The notes under the pieces are model-generated. The model worked only from the letters and a program-made list of their open reading frames with translations, searched no databases and was not told where the DNA came from. From Antedon mediterranea (taxonomy: Eukaryota > Animalia > Echinodermata): a stretch of 64,000 nucleotides of DNA. The position numbers were made by a program, and so were the translations under genes. The stretch covers positions 15,543,881 to 15,607,880 of the forward strand of contig NC_092678.1 in the NCBI RefSeq assembly GCF_964355755.1, in the 5' to 3' direction. Positions 10,751 to 22,059 of the stretch are shown one piece after another (position 1 is the first letter of the stretch; each line of letters starts with the position of its first letter).

Positions 10751-13660
10751 ATAATAATAATAATAAATGAAAACTTATATAGCGCCGGTATCCTCCACCC
10801 ATGTGGCGCTCATGGCGCTTTGTGCATTAACAACGTGCGAGAACATCAGCGAATAGCGACGTCTTTAGGTTGGTCTTGAAACTGTTTAGACTAGTTGAGC
10901 ATTTAACTGTTGCTGGTAAGCTGTTCCATACACTTGCGGCCGCAATGTAAAAAGATCTCTGACCCCACTGATTTTTTGCTCTACGCTCTTGAAGAAGGTT
11001 TTGTGACAATGATCGTAGGCCTCTGCGGGATGATTCGTAACGATCCACAAGGTCAGATAAATAAGCAGGAGCACTGTCATTTAGGATCTTGAATACAAAC
11101 AACGCAAGTTTGTACTTAATACGTTGTTGAACAGGCAACCAATGCAAATCCATCAGAACAGGAGTTATGTGAGCGTTTGATTTTGCATAAGTTACAATTC
11201 TAGCTGCCATATTTTGCAAGCGCTGCAAACGTTGTATTTGAGATTTTGGTATGCCAAACAACAAGGCATTACCAATGTCAATTTTAGAAGTGACAAATGA
11301 GTGTACAATCAATTCAGCTGTTTTCTTGTTAAGATTACCGCGAATACGACCAAGGTTCCTAATCGATATGCATGCTGCTTTGGATACAGTTGTTATTTGT
11401 GCTTCCATAGTGAGATTACTATCCAGCATGATTCCCAGATTCCGGACCACCGATGAGGGAGCGATGTTAGAGTTTCCGATTCTGATATGTGTGATGTTGA
11501 TTTTGGAGATGTTACATTTAGACCCGACGATAATAAACTCTGTCTTTCCATCATTCAACTTTAGGTAATTTGTTACTAGGTAATTGCGAACATCTTATAT
11601 ACAGGCTTCCATCTTACTGATTGCTGCAGCAACATCCCTTTGCACTGGATTTACTGACACATAAATCTGTGTATCATCTGCATAGAAATGGAAATGTAGA
11701 CTGTGTTTGCGAATAATGTCACCAAGGGGAAGCGTATAAATGGAAAACTGGCCAGGCCCAATTACTGACCCCTGTGGTACACCATATTCCAGGCAAGCTT
11801 CATCTGAGAATGCATCATTGATACAGACTAGCTGACGTATTCCTGTAAGATATGACTGGAACCAGTTAAGAGCAACACCATTTATGCCAATGCGATTTCT
11901 CAGACGGGTTATCAGTCTTTGGTGATCAACTGTATCAAACGCTGCTGACAAATCCAACAACACCAACAGCGTTATTTTCCCATCATTCATTCCTTGTAAC
12001 AAATCATTCTGTACCTTTAAAAGGGAACTCTCCGTGCTATGACATGCACGATATGCCGACTGGTAATTCTCATTTAAATTATGCTTTTGAAGATATGGAG
12101 TAATGCGTGATGTCACTACACGCTCCAGAGTCTTTCCAAGAAAAGAAAGATTCGACACCGGGCGGTAATTTTTCAGCGTGTTATGATCCAAGTTTTGCTT
12201 TTTTATTAAAGGACGAACGTGAGCAATTTTCAGTTCATCTGGCACTATGCCGGTATTAAGAGAATGGTTAATGATTTCCGTTATTATTGGAACGACTGCG
12301 TCTATACACTTCTTCAGTATAGAAGTAGGAACTGGATCTAACCTGCATGATTTTGTTGGTGATTTCATCAGAATGTTGCGGATCTCATCTTGAGATGCTG
12401 GTGTAAATGTTGTGAGATGCTGATGAACAGCTGTCACAGGCTCATTAAATGACATGTCATCAATCTTGAAGTCGTCTCTGATGATCTTGATCTTGTCTGT
12501 GAAAAACTGACAGAACCTGTTCGCAAGATCTAAGTCAGAAAGACTATCTGGGAGAGGTGATACCTGGCGATGATGAAGGAGTTGGTTAACAATTTTAAAA
12601 AGTCCTTTCTGATCTGCTGCATGTTCTTCACACAAGCCAATGTAGTAGTTGGCCTTTGCCTTTCTTAACATGGAATTTACATTCCTCTTCTGTGCAATGT
12701 AAGCTTGACGATCTATTTCCAGATGAGAGATTCTCCATTTCTTTTCAAGCTTACGCTTTGTTCTTTTCTCAGCATAGATGTCACTGTTATACCAACTAGT
12801 GCTTGGTCGGACCTTTACTGTTCTCTTTTTCGGTGGTGCGTGTTTGTCAAGAAGTTCACTCAAAGTGGTGACATATAGTCGTACTTTACTTGATAAATCA
12901 AGATTTGAGAGCGAAGTTCCGAGATCAGACTGTGTGATATCTTTACTTAATGTCTCAAAATTTATAGCATTCCAATGACGAGTTTCGATGGATTTAGTGA
13001 TTACGGGTGGCTTCTTGATAAGGAGATTACATGTGATTGCATAGTGATCTGATATACCATCAATGACATTAAGGTTTGAGAAAACAGGAGGATCAGATGA
13101 ACGAGTGATCAGCAAGTCTAATGTGTGACCATGTCGGTGTGTAGGTGTAGACACATGCTGTTGAAGACTGCTTGCTACAAGTAGATTCTGAAAATGAATT
13201 GCATCTGCATCATTTGGCATATCCACATGGATGTTAAAGTCTCCAACGAATAGTATGGGAGCCGGCTTCAATACATAGTGATCAACCAAAGTTGAGAATT
13301 CTTCAGTGAAAACATTGAGACTGCAACCCGTTGATTTGCTTTGAGGACGATATACTGCTACGAGGAAAACTGAGGATGCATTGCTGACTATTTCCACATT
13401 TAGCAGTTCAAATGATTTTGGTAATAATCCCGTGTCATAACATTTAACCGCTATGCTTTCCTTGTAAAGAAGTGCAACTCCACCACCTCTTTTAGTACCA
13501 GCACGGGGAGCATGTTTGAGAGAGTATCCGTTGGGTGTAATATTTCCTATAACTGATGTGTCTTCTGGTTTAAGCCACGTTTCCGAAAGGGCAACAACAT
13601 CCAGATTATGTTCGATAACGAAATCCACAAATTCTGTTGTTTTGTTCCGAACGGATCTTG
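10751..13660 (-). mobile_element. 5'-truncated L2-clade LINE inserted into the Ngaro RT
   Basis: APE + RT ORF2; 3' end AAAGCGCCATGAGC...GGCGCTATATAAG followed by an (ATT)n tail, typical of L2; TATTT at both junctions. Confidence 0.9.
10827..13658 (-). pseudogene. LINE ORF2 (AP endonuclease + reverse transcriptase) with one nonsense codon at 11595-11597
   Basis: RSVRNK, LSETWL, VYRP, GDFNIH, GHTLDL, SDH; YRPVSNL, DLSAAFDTVDH, GVPQGSVIGP, YADDTQ; ORFs 11595-13628 and 10827-11558 are in the same frame (I*DVRNYLVTNYLKLNDGK). Confidence 0.92.
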
Positions 13661-13736
13661 TATAAATAGTTCTTTAGATACGTGTATGGACACAGTGCCA
13701 TATGCTTATGTAGCTGTTCAATATTTATAGGGGTGG

Positions 13737-14937
13737 TTATTGTTGTTGTCCGTTTTTTGACCACCTGCACGCTGACTGTGAGTGGCCGCCTTTACATAAC
13801 AAGCAAATGTGAGCTAAATTGCAGTTTCTCTTTACACACCCTCTATCACCGTTATAATTGTTGCAGATTTCTCTGCCTTGATGAAAGACGCGTCGTCGAC
13901 CATACCAGTCGTTGTCTGCGTTAGGGATGGTCGTATTTCTAGTAGCTTTCTTAGGTAAGTTTTCGGATATATCGCAGAAGGCTGTGTAGTGTGCTGCTGC
14001 AATAGTTGCATGTGTTAGGGCGACTATTGGCAAAAATGTTACAGAAAAGCGTGTTATTTCGTATGGACCAGTCGACAAGGACATTGTTGTATCTCAAATG
14101 TGAAGCCGCAATTAAGCTAAATTGTTTGTGATATTCATAAAAACCCTTTCCAGGGTATCGAGAAGCCATGTCTACAATGTCCCTTTCGTATTTGTCGAGC
14201 TCCTCTCTCCGCTGGGGGTGGGCAGTGCACATGATATTTTTATAAATCCCAAAGGCTATATTGAGGGATTTTGCCAATCGTGGATCGTGTTTGAACAAAT
14301 TAAGTTCATCTTTATTGTCTCGGGGTGAAGCATTGAATGAAGGAATTAATAGAGAAGCAAGATTAATGTTCCTACCTGATAATATTTTTTGGCGGATTGC
14401 AGGTGATATAGTTTCCACCATGGGCAGTGATTCCGCAGCGTATCCAAACCTGGTACGTATGTGTGTTCCTCTTTGTGAGGATTCTTCAACAACAGTTGCC
14501 GACGTACTAGGCCGTTCGAATGACTCGACTGCTGAATGAATGGAGAATGGCTCCAGTGTGATGTCCTCACTTGTCGGTGCTCTAGAGCTAGTGGCAGTAT
14601 TATTGATTAGTGAAGGACTACCAACTGCCGGCTGTTGTTGAGAGCTCATCGAACTCACTTTTTGTGTCAATGATGCCACATTTTGTTGCAGATTTTGAAC
14701 TGTTGTTGACAACTTAGAAACTAAGTCTATCAGTACCCTGTTTGTAGGATTTCTACTCTCGGCAGCTTGAGGTTCGATTGCTGGCCGAGCAATAGTGGCT
14801 TCATTGAATAAGCGCAACAACTGTGCTTTTGTGGCCTTTGATGAGTGTCCAATTCCAAGTTTCTTAAGTTCACCTTTTAGTTTCGCTACTGACCAATTAT
14901 CATACGGCGCTGGGCGTTTGCTTCTTGTTGGAGCCAT
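13737..14937 (-). pseudogene. Ngaro gag-like ORF1, frameshifted near 13980
   Basis: N-terminal SAP/HeH-like WSVAKLKGELKKLG, coiled coil, AFGIYKNIMC...ELDKYERDI...FYEYHKQF core, C-terminal CNNYN..GC...CNLAHICLLCKGGHSQSAC zinc fingers. Confidence 0.85.
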
Positions 14938-15177
14938 TTTAATAATATCAGTACAATTAATGAAACTGCCGTTGAAGTATAATAAATGAAATTGTGTCTC
15001 GAATAAATTGATTACAGATTCGCTTGAAATGTTCTGAAATACGCACAGTAACCAAAATGATACAATAAACCGTTGTATAAATACTCCAAGTAAGATGAAC
15101 GTTTTGATGAAGGTTGAACGATTCCTATTATGGAAAATTAGTACTGAGATTCAAAGTAATATATCCACAAAGTATCC

Positions 15178-15531
15178 AAAGATTGAAAAGTTTGTACAAC
15201 TATCGAACGGCTAACTTAACAGTGAAGTGTGCTAGTATGCATCTTAGTAAACAACTGAAAACACACTGAATTCCCATTGGTTGCCAATTAGAAATTAGCC
15301 TATCCTACATTTTTGTGGTTCCACTATTAGATATACCCGTTGGTCTATAGAAATACATTGTCAATTACTGTGGTTTGAACTTTGATAAAGTGTCTCCCTT
15401 GACTACTAACATTCCGTTTTAATTACCTGTAAAAACAATATACCATTCATCCTAACACTTCTATTACTCTGAAATCTACCCACATTTATATACCACATCC
15501 TTAGTTAAAAGAAAGTACTTGTGCTGTGTAT
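15178..15531 (-). repeat. Ngaro split direct repeat A1 (5' end of element)
   Basis: Near-identical to 3439-3792, upstream of gag on the - strand. Confidence 0.9.
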
Positions 15532-16378
15532 AAACTATAATTTATTACTTTAAATTTCCTTTTATATTCTTCTATACGTTTCAACGTCAATATAGACATT
15601 GACGTACTGACGTAGCCTTGTAAGTAGAAACACAAACTGAACTAGAATATCTTGTGAAAAAAGTCTGAATTGAGAATAAGAAAGTAGAATTATTTCTTAA
15701 TGTAACAAAAGCGATGCTGATCTATAAAACACAATCAGAAAACTAATTTCAACTATCAGTAAACTACAGAAATATTGGAGTAGTGGCCAATTCAATTATA
15801 TCGGTTTCATGATCAATGTGAAACTCAATGGCAGCGCAAACGCAAGCTGGTGGTGGTCCAGCATGAACGTCAGGCTAGTTATCGGGAGTTTCCACCGGAG
15901 GATAAATTACAATTTTTTTTTCAGTGTTCTCAATGAACATAGTATAATACAAATTTACGTCAGAGTAGGGCAATTGTATTACCAATATTCAACACCATGA
16001 CACAAAGATATTCCACAGTATTCAAATACAATTATCACATGTCGATACAGTACTGCTTACTTGGTTCACCCTTAGCCATCAGCGCAATCATGGTCAATAA
16101 TATGAGAGACAACTGCTCAACGTCTGCTCATTGCAGGCTGTAGAGAAGGGACAAAACTGAATAAATCAATGGGTACCGGTTAGATCAAGAAACAAATTTG
16201 CGCTGATTACTAGCTGTATTATTATGGGAGTTTGTTTCCATACGTCTAAGCAATGACCTGGTAATAATATATGCAGCAAAACTGAGAGCTTACTAATGGG
16301 CTATAAGAATGAACTATTATTATCAACAATGGCGTCGTCTGTCAAATCATGGATTGACTCTCATGTTGAATATCTTAA

Positions 16379-17770
16379 AGATGCATTTTCCCTTGAAACA
16401 CAAAAAAATGAAGGTCAAAATATTATAAGTTTAAATTGGCCATATCAAAGTAATATTAAAGTTATTCACTTTAAGTCGAAAATTCAAGCCAAAAGCAACA
16501 AGTTTACGTAATTAATAGGTAAATTAGTTTGTTTACATTTCGTCTGGAAAATCGTCGCGAGCGAAAGTAAACAAGGATTTCAAACCACGAGTACGCATTA
16601 TGCATTATGCTAATTACAATTGTTTACAACTCGTCACGGTTGGGAAGGTATTTTCACACAGATCGTGAGGAAGTTTTATGATTATGCATACAGAGTAGCC
16701 AAACAAGCGCGTTTCATTATGGGATATGTTTTGATCGAAAGCTTTTTCTGGAAGTCAAAGTTATTTTTTTAACAAAAAAACGTCTGTATTTCAGTTAAAT
16801 TATTTTTTTTGCGCGATAAATTTTTGGTGATAGCAAAGAATATATATCACAAGAATGAGTATTCCGTGATTTTTGCATGAGAAATTTGTAACAGAGAGCT
16901 CCAGAGAGTGATTCCCGCCCTCATAAGGGCGGATGTATACATACAAATAAGACTTGATTTAATAGATATTATACATGTCACATTAAATAGAATTATGATA
17001 ATAGTTTTGCAATTGTAAACTATTTTATAATACATATTTATTAACAAACTAGTGTACATTCACTTTTACAGACAATTATTTACTAACATGCTAAGTTAGT
17101 TCACAAAAAAGGCCTATTACAGAAACACCTAAAGTCAACGAATCGTTACTCAGCACGGCCTATTCTTTACCATTGCCCGTGTACTACTCTACGCCCGGTA
17201 AATTAAGTATTGTTTTTATGATATAAATTAGTATAAAATACATGTTATTAATAGGAAAAAATGTTAAATGTCATTAACATTTATTTGTTTTACCAGAAAC
17301 AAGTTAAATATAGGAATATTATTAAACTATCCTACGTGAAAACGCGTAAACACCAACACGCCCGGTCACGCTATTGTAGCGCCCGGTTGATAAAGCAAAC
17401 TGTTTATACGGCAGTTTTTACTAAATAAATTGCATAAAACGAACAATTAAATATCCAAATAGTATTTAACATGATGTTGGCATGTAGTTGACAACAGTTT
17501 TTATCATGAAAATACTACCGGTGGTCCAGCCTTTGATTAGTGAAACCGTCACAAAAAGTTGCATACATCCCAGATACATCCACACTTATGGCGGCGCCCT
17601 ACCACATGGACAATATTACTGTTACAGGGAAAATCGCGGATTACTCATTCTTGTGATATATATTCTTTGGTGATAGTTAATAACTATTATGATACTTCAA
17701 AATGACCCACCTTTTTTCGAAATCTGTTATTTTCTATTTTTTTGGAATTAGTCAAAGGGACAATACATCT
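16379..17770 (+). mobile_element. Non-autonomous Kolobok element (copy 1) with a nested P-like element
   Basis: TTAA-AGATGCATTTTCCCTT ... AAGGGACAATACATCT-TTAA; same family as 34451-34991 and 49727-52497. Confidence 0.8.
16834..17669. mobile_element. P-element-like non-autonomous transposon
   Basis: TIR CAAAGAATATATATCACAAGAATGAGTA / TACTCATTCTTGTGATATATATTCTTTG; 7-bp TSD GTGATAG (16827-16833, 17670-17676). Confidence 0.8.
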
Positions 17771-18315
17771 TTAACGAGAAAATTTTACTAGAATTTTAAG
17801 AATATGTTATTACCCCACATACTTTAATCGTATAGCTTTAATACCTTCTTAATGTTGATATAGCGTGGGTAGTTTTAAACAACAGTCTTTCTGACTATGT
17901 TATTGACAACATTGGAATTATACTTTTATATTTTATTGACCTTTCCCATTATGTTGCTAATTAACTCAGGAGAATGAATATGGTGGTTTTTTATTTCAAA
18001 GTAAAATTATACTCAATTAACTTTTCTAGTTCATTAATTAAATTAAAAGGCATGTGTGACCAACCCAATTATAATAAGGTACTATCAATACACTCATCTT
18101 GACCAACTTAATTCTCGATCCTTACATACAGTATACAGATCAGAATGTCTTAAAAACGTAGCATGGATAAGTAATTTCACTCTTTCGTGGTAATAGACAC
18201 TACACGCAATGTTCCCGGAACCACTCAATACTTTCGTAGGAAAAATCAGGTAATTACATAAAATGTCCCAGATATGTATTGTAGCCAACATTTTTACATT
18301 GTATCTCACGGAACG

Positions 18316-19966
18316 GTTCTAGGACACCTACCCCCTAGACAGTTACCCCCCGGATGTTTACCACCCGGACAACTACCCCCTTAGGACAACTACCCCCCGG
18401 ACAACTATCCCCCGGACAACTACCCCCTTAGGACAACTACCCCCTTAGGATAACAACCCCCCGGACAACTACCCCCCGGACAACCACCCCCTTAGGACAA
18501 CTACCCCTTAGGATAACTACCCCCCGGTCAACTACCCCCCGGTCAACTACCCCCCGGTCAACTACCCCCCCCCCCCCCCAATCCAAAAGTAGACAAATAT
18601 ATAGGACCGGTTTCTGTAAAAATGAAATCATCTGTTTTTAACGGGTGTTTCGAAACTAGAGACCCGAGACCAGAGACCTGACACGAGACCCAATACGAAA
18701 AGAGAGACCTATATTTGGGTCTCCATTTTCGTATATTAGGGTCTCCCTTTTTGTATAGTGGGTCTCCCTTTTCGTATATTTAGGTCTCCCATTTCGTATA
18801 TTTGGGTCTCCCTTTTCGTATATTTGGTCTCCCTTTTCGTATATTTAGGTCTCCCTTTTCGTATATTAGGTTCTCCCTTTTCGTATAGTGGGGTCTCCCT
18901 TTTCGTATAGTGGGGTCTCCCTTTTCGTACGTGGGTCTCCCTTTTTGTATATTTAGGTCTCCCTTTTCGTATTGGGTCTCGGGTCTCTGGTCTCTGGTCT
19001 CGGGTCTCCAGTTTCGAAACACCCGTTTTTAACCGATTATTCTGTTTAACAGCACGCTAGACCCTAGATGTGCTAGATTTAAAGTACCGTATTTATTGAA
19101 AAAACGGCCTGGGCTGTTTATTGTTTAGGTGGTTTTTAGGTGGACATTTATTGGAAAAAAGTTGTTTATTCAATGGGAGGGGGTATAATCTAATGGAAAT
19201 AGACGCCGATTATTCCATATGATGTTTCATGGGAGTGACATGGTCACCGTTTATTTGAGGGGAATTTATTTAAAGATCGACGTTTATTCGGTGAGTGAAC
19301 ATTGAGGTCAAATATCAAAAGTGATATTATTCTTCAAGTGTACAAAAATACATATATGACAAATTTGAGACAAAAATTAATTCTTTTAAGACCAGTGGTT
19401 ATCGAAGCATTGTCCTGACGCAAAAATTATTATTATTATTAGCGAACCCAGTCTTTACAGTAAATACATGGAGTACTATATAATACGTTCGACTATCCTA
19501 TGATCATGTGTGACAATCTTTAGTTTATACCACCAGGCTATATTTATGTTCAATCTTTTACTTTTGTTTACAATAATGAATAGCAATTCGTCAAAGTAAC
19601 GAATTAAAATATAGTTATTAATTAATAGTTGCAGAGTCAGGTTGTTGAATGGTCTGGGTGGTTAGGGTGTTCTAAAGGGATAGTTTTCTGGGTGGTAATT
19701 GTCCGGGGGGTAATTGTCCGGGGGGTACCGTAATTGTCCGAGGGGTAATTGTTCCTAGGGGGTAATTGTCCGGGGGGTAGTTGTCCAGGGGGTAGTTGTC
19801 CTAAGGGGGTTGTTGTCCTAAGGGGGTAGTTGTCCGGGGGGTATTTGTCCGGGGGGTAGTTGTCCTAAAGGGGTAGTTGTCCTAAGGGGGTAGTGGTCCA
19901 GGTGGTGGTTGTCCGGGGGGTAGTTGTCCGGGGGGTAAATGTCCAGGGGGTGAATATCCGGATACG
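18316..19966. mobile_element. MuDR/foldback-like element with GGACAACTACCCCCC tandem arrays in both arms
   Basis: Arrays at 18316-18580 and inverted at 19680-19966; 9-bp TSD CACGGAACG (18307-18315, 19967-19975). Confidence 0.8.
18643..19024. mobile_element. Nested MuDR-like MITE with a ~21-bp internal tandem array
   Basis: TIR GGGTGTTTCGAAACT.GAGACCCGAGACCAGAGACC; 9-bp TSD GTTTTTAAC (18634-18642, 19025-19033); (GGTCTCCCTTTTCGTATATT)n. Confidence 0.8.
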
Positions 19967-20253
19967 CACGGAACGCCTTAGAATGGTTTAAAGAGGGTTG
20001 AAAACGCTGTAAAACATACGAACTAAAAATTTGAGCACAAAAATGAATTTTCTGATTCCATCAATAACTTGTGACGTCACAGAAAACTTCATCTTCGGCA
20101 TGTCTTCGGAAACAACCTCTTCGAAAGCATCGGGATGCTTGGAAATGTCATCCAAATTTAAAGTTCAAGAAAAGATGTCAACCCTGTTCTGATTGGTCGG
20201 TTAAAATTCGTATGTATAAGGTGTGTTATATTCATTCATATACAAAGTAAAAC

Positions 20254-20581
20254 CAAAGAACTTATAACACAAGAATCTCCTGTTCTTCAATTTGCATTCA
20301 AAACACAGTATCAACAGGGTTAAAACAGGGTTAAAAGGTCAAACTGGGCGACGCCATTTCACAGCATGGAACAGCACCCCCTCCAAACTAGGAAGTCAAT
20401 TGCTATACCCCCTAGAGTATTAGCAGATCCCCTCTATGATTTTGACTTTCTAATTTGATGCGGGCGCCCTACTCCATGGCTCACAATGGCGCCACCCATA
20501 GCTCTATTCTATCCCACAATGCCTTTCGAAATTGTTACCCGCTTCGGACGAACAGGAGATTCTTGTGTTATAAGTTCTTTG
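20254..20581. mobile_element. P-element-like MITE
   Basis: TIR CAAAGAACTTATAACACAAGAATCTCCTGTTC, perfect at both ends; 7-bp TSD GTAAAAC (20247-20253, 20582-20588). Confidence 0.85.
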
Positions 20582-21439
20582 GTAAAACCCAATTGGATCG
20601 ACGAGTTGGATCGTCCAGTTGGCTTGTGGGTTAGGTTTTTAATAATTAGGACGAGTTTTATTATTTATGTTTTTCATTAAGACAAGTTCATAGTTGATAA
20701 ATCTAAGCCATCAGACAGATAGATGCACTATTAGACGACGATACATGACCAATGTGAGTACAGACATTATCCCAACATTCACTTCCAAAATCAAAATCAG
20801 TAGGTGAGAGGATTCATTCTCCGTATGGGTAATGGATTCTCACCACCAGAATCATTCATCAACTACAGTCATCCTCCAAACACAGGAACATAACACAAAA
20901 GTATGAGCAACATCAAATCAGTTCAAGACATGTACTTGTGCTGACCTCACGAGCTTTGCGAACCGTCAACCCCGCTATTCAGTAGATAAATCCAATCCCC
21001 GACAAAAAATACTGCAACAAAATAACTTGTTGACTTACTCTTTCATACAGCAAATTCAGCCATAAACAGGGTGAACTGAAATTAAGCATACTTAAATCCA
21101 GCTCCAAATAGTATTAATAAACATAACATAACTAGAAAACTATCTGCAAAACAGATCAAACGTAGCACCCTCTTACGAAGGTGTACATGTGTAAACAAGG
21201 TATCAAATAATCAACAGTGCCCTAATACGGGCATGGCTAATTCTATAGATACATCATACATAATAGAACAGCGCCCTCTACACGAAGACTGTGTTTATCG
21301 TATATACAATTCACTAGCAATTAATACCCACCCCAGGGCGGGTTTCAAAATTAGTTTAAAGGCTTCTCAGTATAACACCCAACGCCAGTATGTCCCTATA
21401 CTATGGCACGCCAGGACGGACATAACTATGACAAGTTGA

Positions 21440-21760
21440 CCTCGCTCGTGTTATGTAGACATCGCTCGTGTTGAGTTTAACACATCGCTCGTGTTATGGA
21501 GGCATCGCTCGTGTTGAGTTTACACATCGCTCGTGTTATGGAGACATCGCGCGAGTTGAGTGTATACACATCGCGCGTGTTGAGTTTATACACATCGCGC
21601 GTGTTGAGTTTATACACATCGCGCGTGTTGAGTTTATACACATCGCGCGTGTTGAGTTTATACACATCGCGCGTGTTGAGTGTATACACATCGCGCGTGT
21701 CGAGTTTATACACATCGCGCGTGTTGAGTTTATACACATCGCGCGTGTTGAGTTTTACAC
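21440..21760 (+). repeat. Left subterminal array of the IS3EU-like element (19-24-bp units)
   Basis: (ACACATCGCGCGTGTTGAGTTTAT)n and CATCGCTCGTGTTATG variants. Confidence 0.92.
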
Positions 21761-21848
21761 GATATAATCATGGCCGCCGGGGGTTGAGGGCGTTCTCAGC
21801 TGCGCAATCATCAGCAGGGAATTCCCATCAGCAGAGCTGAGAGGAGAA

Positions 21849-22027
21849 ATGGCGTCTACTGAAGGAATCTTAGATCCATTGGGACGAATTTATTAGATTA
21901 AATGATTCATTCGTTCATCGGACACAAATACTGTTGAAAGAATACTATTATGGGAGGAACAGTGTAGGACATTCATCATCTAGGCCTAGCCTACATAATT
22001 GTTGCAATAGTAGTAGTACAGTAGTAC

Positions 22028-22059
<32 letters not shown>

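Larger units (their letters stand above)
3439..15531 (-). mobile_element. Ngaro-type (DIRS group) tyrosine-recombinase retrotransposon, degenerate, with nested insertions
   Basis: 354-bp direct repeats at 15178-15531 and 3439-3792 (about 6 differences); gag, RT, RNase H and YR in order on the - strand; no methyltransferase domain seen. Confidence 0.9.

Noticed and set aside
3439-15531. LTR retrotransposon suggested by the 354-bp direct repeats
   Set aside because: No DDE integrase or protease; it encodes a tyrosine recombinase and DIRS-group RT/RNase H
15800-16374. Possible exon fragments (e.g. MGYKNELLLSTMASSVKSWIDSHVEY)
   Set aside because: No recognisable motif or consistent splice chain; the ORF runs into the Kolobok end
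18437-19022. ORFs with VVDRG and KGRP/YEKGD repeats
   Set aside because: Translations of MITE tandem arrays
20640-21130. Coding-like composition left of the IS3EU-like element
   Set aside because: No long ORF in the track and no identifiable domain
21440-21760. CRISPR-like regular repeats and ORFs 21468-21840 (HIARVEF)n
   Set aside because: No unique spacers; head-to-tail units mirrored at 38395-38760 as transposon subterminal arrays; the ORFs are repeat translations
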